Assembly: GCF_025526975.1 (NCBI RefSeq)
Contig: NW_026515699.1
Coordinates: forward strand, 1-64,000
DNA from: Fimicolochytrium jonesii
Lineage: Eukaryota
Direction of reading: 5' to 3'
DNA length: 64,000 nt
This document shows, one piece after another, positions 61,162 through 64,000 of the stretch. The notes under the pieces were generated by a model. It saw only the letters and a list, made by a program, of their open reading frames with translations, was not told the DNA's origin and ran no database searches. The translations under genes and the position numbers were made by a program. The first letter of the stretch is position 1. Each line of letters starts with the position of its first letter.

Positions 61162-64000
61162 TCAATCACTATCCACGTCCCCGCCCATCGACCGGCCCGT
61201 ATTCCCCACCCTCGACGTCCTCGACTTCGCATCACTCTCACTAATCAACCGTTTCGTCCCCGCCGCGACACCCACAACGCACGCGGCCAACTCCTTCGCA
61301 GCCGCCTCACTCAACACAAACTCCAGCGTCCCGTCCTGGGTCACCACTCTCAGCGTCGTCAACGCGGCCGGGTCCGCTTTCCCCTTCTCCGCGGCCTCGA
61401 CGGTGCTCAGTTTACTCGTGCTCATGTTATCGGTGGACGACGCCCCGGTTCCGTCGAGGGAGGTGGCGTTATTGCGCACGATAGCGTGTTCGGTGCGATA
61501 GACCTCTGTCTTGCTACTCCCGCCCTCGCTTTCAGGCGGGTAGTCCACGCAGAGGTACCCCGTGACGGCAGTAACGTTCGCCGTGCGCCAGCGTGCGACC
61601 CAGTTCCAGTTGAGCATCTTGGACGTCCCGCCGGAGATCTGGAGGGTGGGGACGTTGTGCAGCTGGACGCCCGCGACTTTGCGGACTTCTTTATGGGTGG
61701 TGGTGGTGCTCAGTTTGGTGCCGCCGATGGTTGTGGGGCCGACTTTGCCCCCCGCACCGCCGATGCCGGTGGAGAGCATGTTGCGGGAGCTGGTGTTGGC
61801 GGTTACGGCGCGTTGTTGGAGCGCGCGCGGTTTGTCGATCGGGTTGAGGAGGATGAGGAATTTGGGCCCGTAGACGCAGGATTCGGTTACTGCAGTGCCG
61901 ATGAGGACGGCGAGGCAGCGAAGGAGGTGGGCGAAGCTGGCGAATGTCTGCAAATGCGATGAATGTTAGCGGTAGATCACACAAACACATGTCCAGATCC
62001 CATCCTCTGAAATAGTAGGACAGCATTACCGTAGTATAAACCAACGGCAAAAACAAAGCACAAACCGCCACAATGTTATAGACCGAGATCCCAATCCACT
62101 TTGTCTCATTGAACGTCGACACGACATGACGGGTCTTGTAGCTGAGCAAGGTGGTCAGGAAGAGCAGGATCCCGTTGAACACAATCGAGACGACCGTCAT
62201 CGTGCGCTGAACTTTTGCGTTAGGGGACACGCAGACTTGCACTGTCTCGAGGTCGTTGACGTTGATGGTGGTGGGGACCGGCGTGCTGACGCCGACCCAG
62301 ATGCCGGAGATGATGATTTCGACCAGGACGACTCTGCCGGAGGTGGAGGGAGGGTGATGAGTTTCACGACGGTTTGAGCAGGAAAAGGCTTATTTGAGAA
62401 CTCACAATCCAGCGAAGCCCATGAGGTACATATCCGAGATGGCCCGTTCCATCATTTTGGGATTGTTGAAGATCTGCATCGAGCGATTAGGAACTATATC
62501 AGAGCAACGGTCGGCAAAGGGATGCGCATCATACCTTGTACACACGCCAAGTCTTCGCCATCAAATTCGCAAACACGAGCCCAAACCCAATATTGAAAAT
62601 AAACGGCTGAGCGACACAAGTCCACTTCTTCAAAGTCCCCGTATACAAGAACGGCGTGATATCCAAAAGCAGCAATCCAACCAAAATCAACACCAACGAT
62701 TTCCAACTCGCGCGTTTGATCACGGATTTATTACGGCATGTGTACACCGCCGCCATCGACCCGACGTTGGTGGCGAGGAGGATGGCAGCGAGGACCGTGA
62801 AGAGCAAGCCTTCGGATGATTTCCAGGCTGGGTTGAGTTGGGTTAAGGGAGGGAAATCTGTTGGGATTTGCGTGGATCCGCCGGCGAAGAGGAGGCCGGT
62901 GGTGTTGACTTTGGCTGTGTCTCCGACGAATTCGACGGCGGTTGGGTAGGAGATTGTGGCGGCGTACTTGGAGCCGTAGAGTTGGGGGAGGATCTGGACT
63001 GAGAGGGGGCGATCGAGGGTTTCAGCGGGACATTGAACCAGTCTGATCAGTTCAAAGTCAATCTGGAGAATGGAGCACCTGCTACTCACTCGTTTTGTAA
63101 GCGTAATCCCCGTTGGGCAGGAAGTAATACGGCCCGCTCAGCCCAGTCCTGTTCGTGTTGAAGATGGTGAGATCGGCCGGCGGTGAAGCCCTTATGTTAC
63201 CAGGGGGAGGCACCAAGGATGCTGCAGTGTCGCCAGTGCGTGCGAAATACTGACGATAGACGGGATAGCGTTCTGATTAGTTCAGCTCAGAGAACATGTT
63301 CGAAGACCACGACGAATCATCCACTTACGTCGTGGTATCCCCAGAGAATCGCCATCGTACAATCCCAGTATCGGCTAGAAGGAGCAGAATGCGGAAAGCG
63401 TTAGTTTGTCATCTTATGGTATCTGGCCCATGGTTTCCATACTTCTTCTGGAAATAAACCGAAATCGAACTTACTCATTGGCGATATATTCCCTCCCGAT
63501 ATCACGCGTCGCATTTTCGGCTTTTGAAACGAGTGCGTATTGGGCCTTGAAAGTAGCGTAGATTTCGGTGGTGTAATCTGGGTCTGCGGTGGCTTCCATC
63601 AAAACTCCCGCATTATTGGCAACGTCCTCTCCCAGGATTCCAGCTACCGAGTCACTCATTCCCCAATCGCCGTACGGAAAGTCGATGATCCCTAATGTAT
63701 CGACGGAGCGTCATTGGGCTGTGACTTTTCGACAAAGCGTATGACCCTGCCACGTTACCATTGGAAGTGACCCACACATAATCGGGGCCAGTGAGTCCAA
63801 GCTCGCGCGCTCTGATCCACATGGGGGTAAACTCATCCTCATAGGCTGATAGCATGGGATGTCACCGAAGCAGCGGTGAGTGGAGACTCGCACATTCTTG
63901 ACTCACCTGCGACGACGATGATTTTGACTTTCGAAGCGATGATGGACTGAATACAGCTCTCCATATCGCCCATTTGTCCGTCGCCGTTGAATCCTTGATT
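61162..64000 (-). CDS. Class C-like GPCR (periplasmic-binding/ANF ectodomain + 7tm_3); 5' end outside the window
   Basis: VIKRASW, WTCVAQPF...GFGLVFANLMAKTWRVYK and SYKTRHV.STFNETKWIGISVYN. Ectodomain ARELGLTGPDYVWV. Confidence 0.88.

Noticed and set aside
61033..61962. 309-aa plus-strand ORF
   Set aside because: Antisense shadow of the last GPCR exon.

Overview
This is eukaryotic, intron-containing (GT-AG), GC-rich DNA. The gene content (class C-like GPCR, TmcB-like protein, Patched-related protein, IQM, coronin, Fanzor1) suggests an early-diverging, chytrid-like fungus; this is an inference. The standout is a 7-exon Fanzor1 gene (eukaryotic TnpB/RuvC RNA-guided endonuclease) at about 53.76-56.92 kb. 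It has all three RuvC catalytic motifs and a Zn finger, two premature stops, and a strongly structured downstream region that is a candidate omegaRNA. It sits directly behind an internally deleted copia LTR element. Other notable items: a secreted repeat-peptide precursor (KEP/RiPP-like) with a triplicated promoter segment, a small Cys-rich secreted protein, an intron-containing DUF6939-like gene of bacterial type, an MLKL/NLR-N-terminal-like helical domain fused to an EF-hand, a duplicated highly structured ~190-nt element, a 4x tandem amplification of an IQM 3' exon, interstitial TTAGGG repeats, and several genes broken by single lesions. All family calls come from recognising motifs by eye; no database searches were run.
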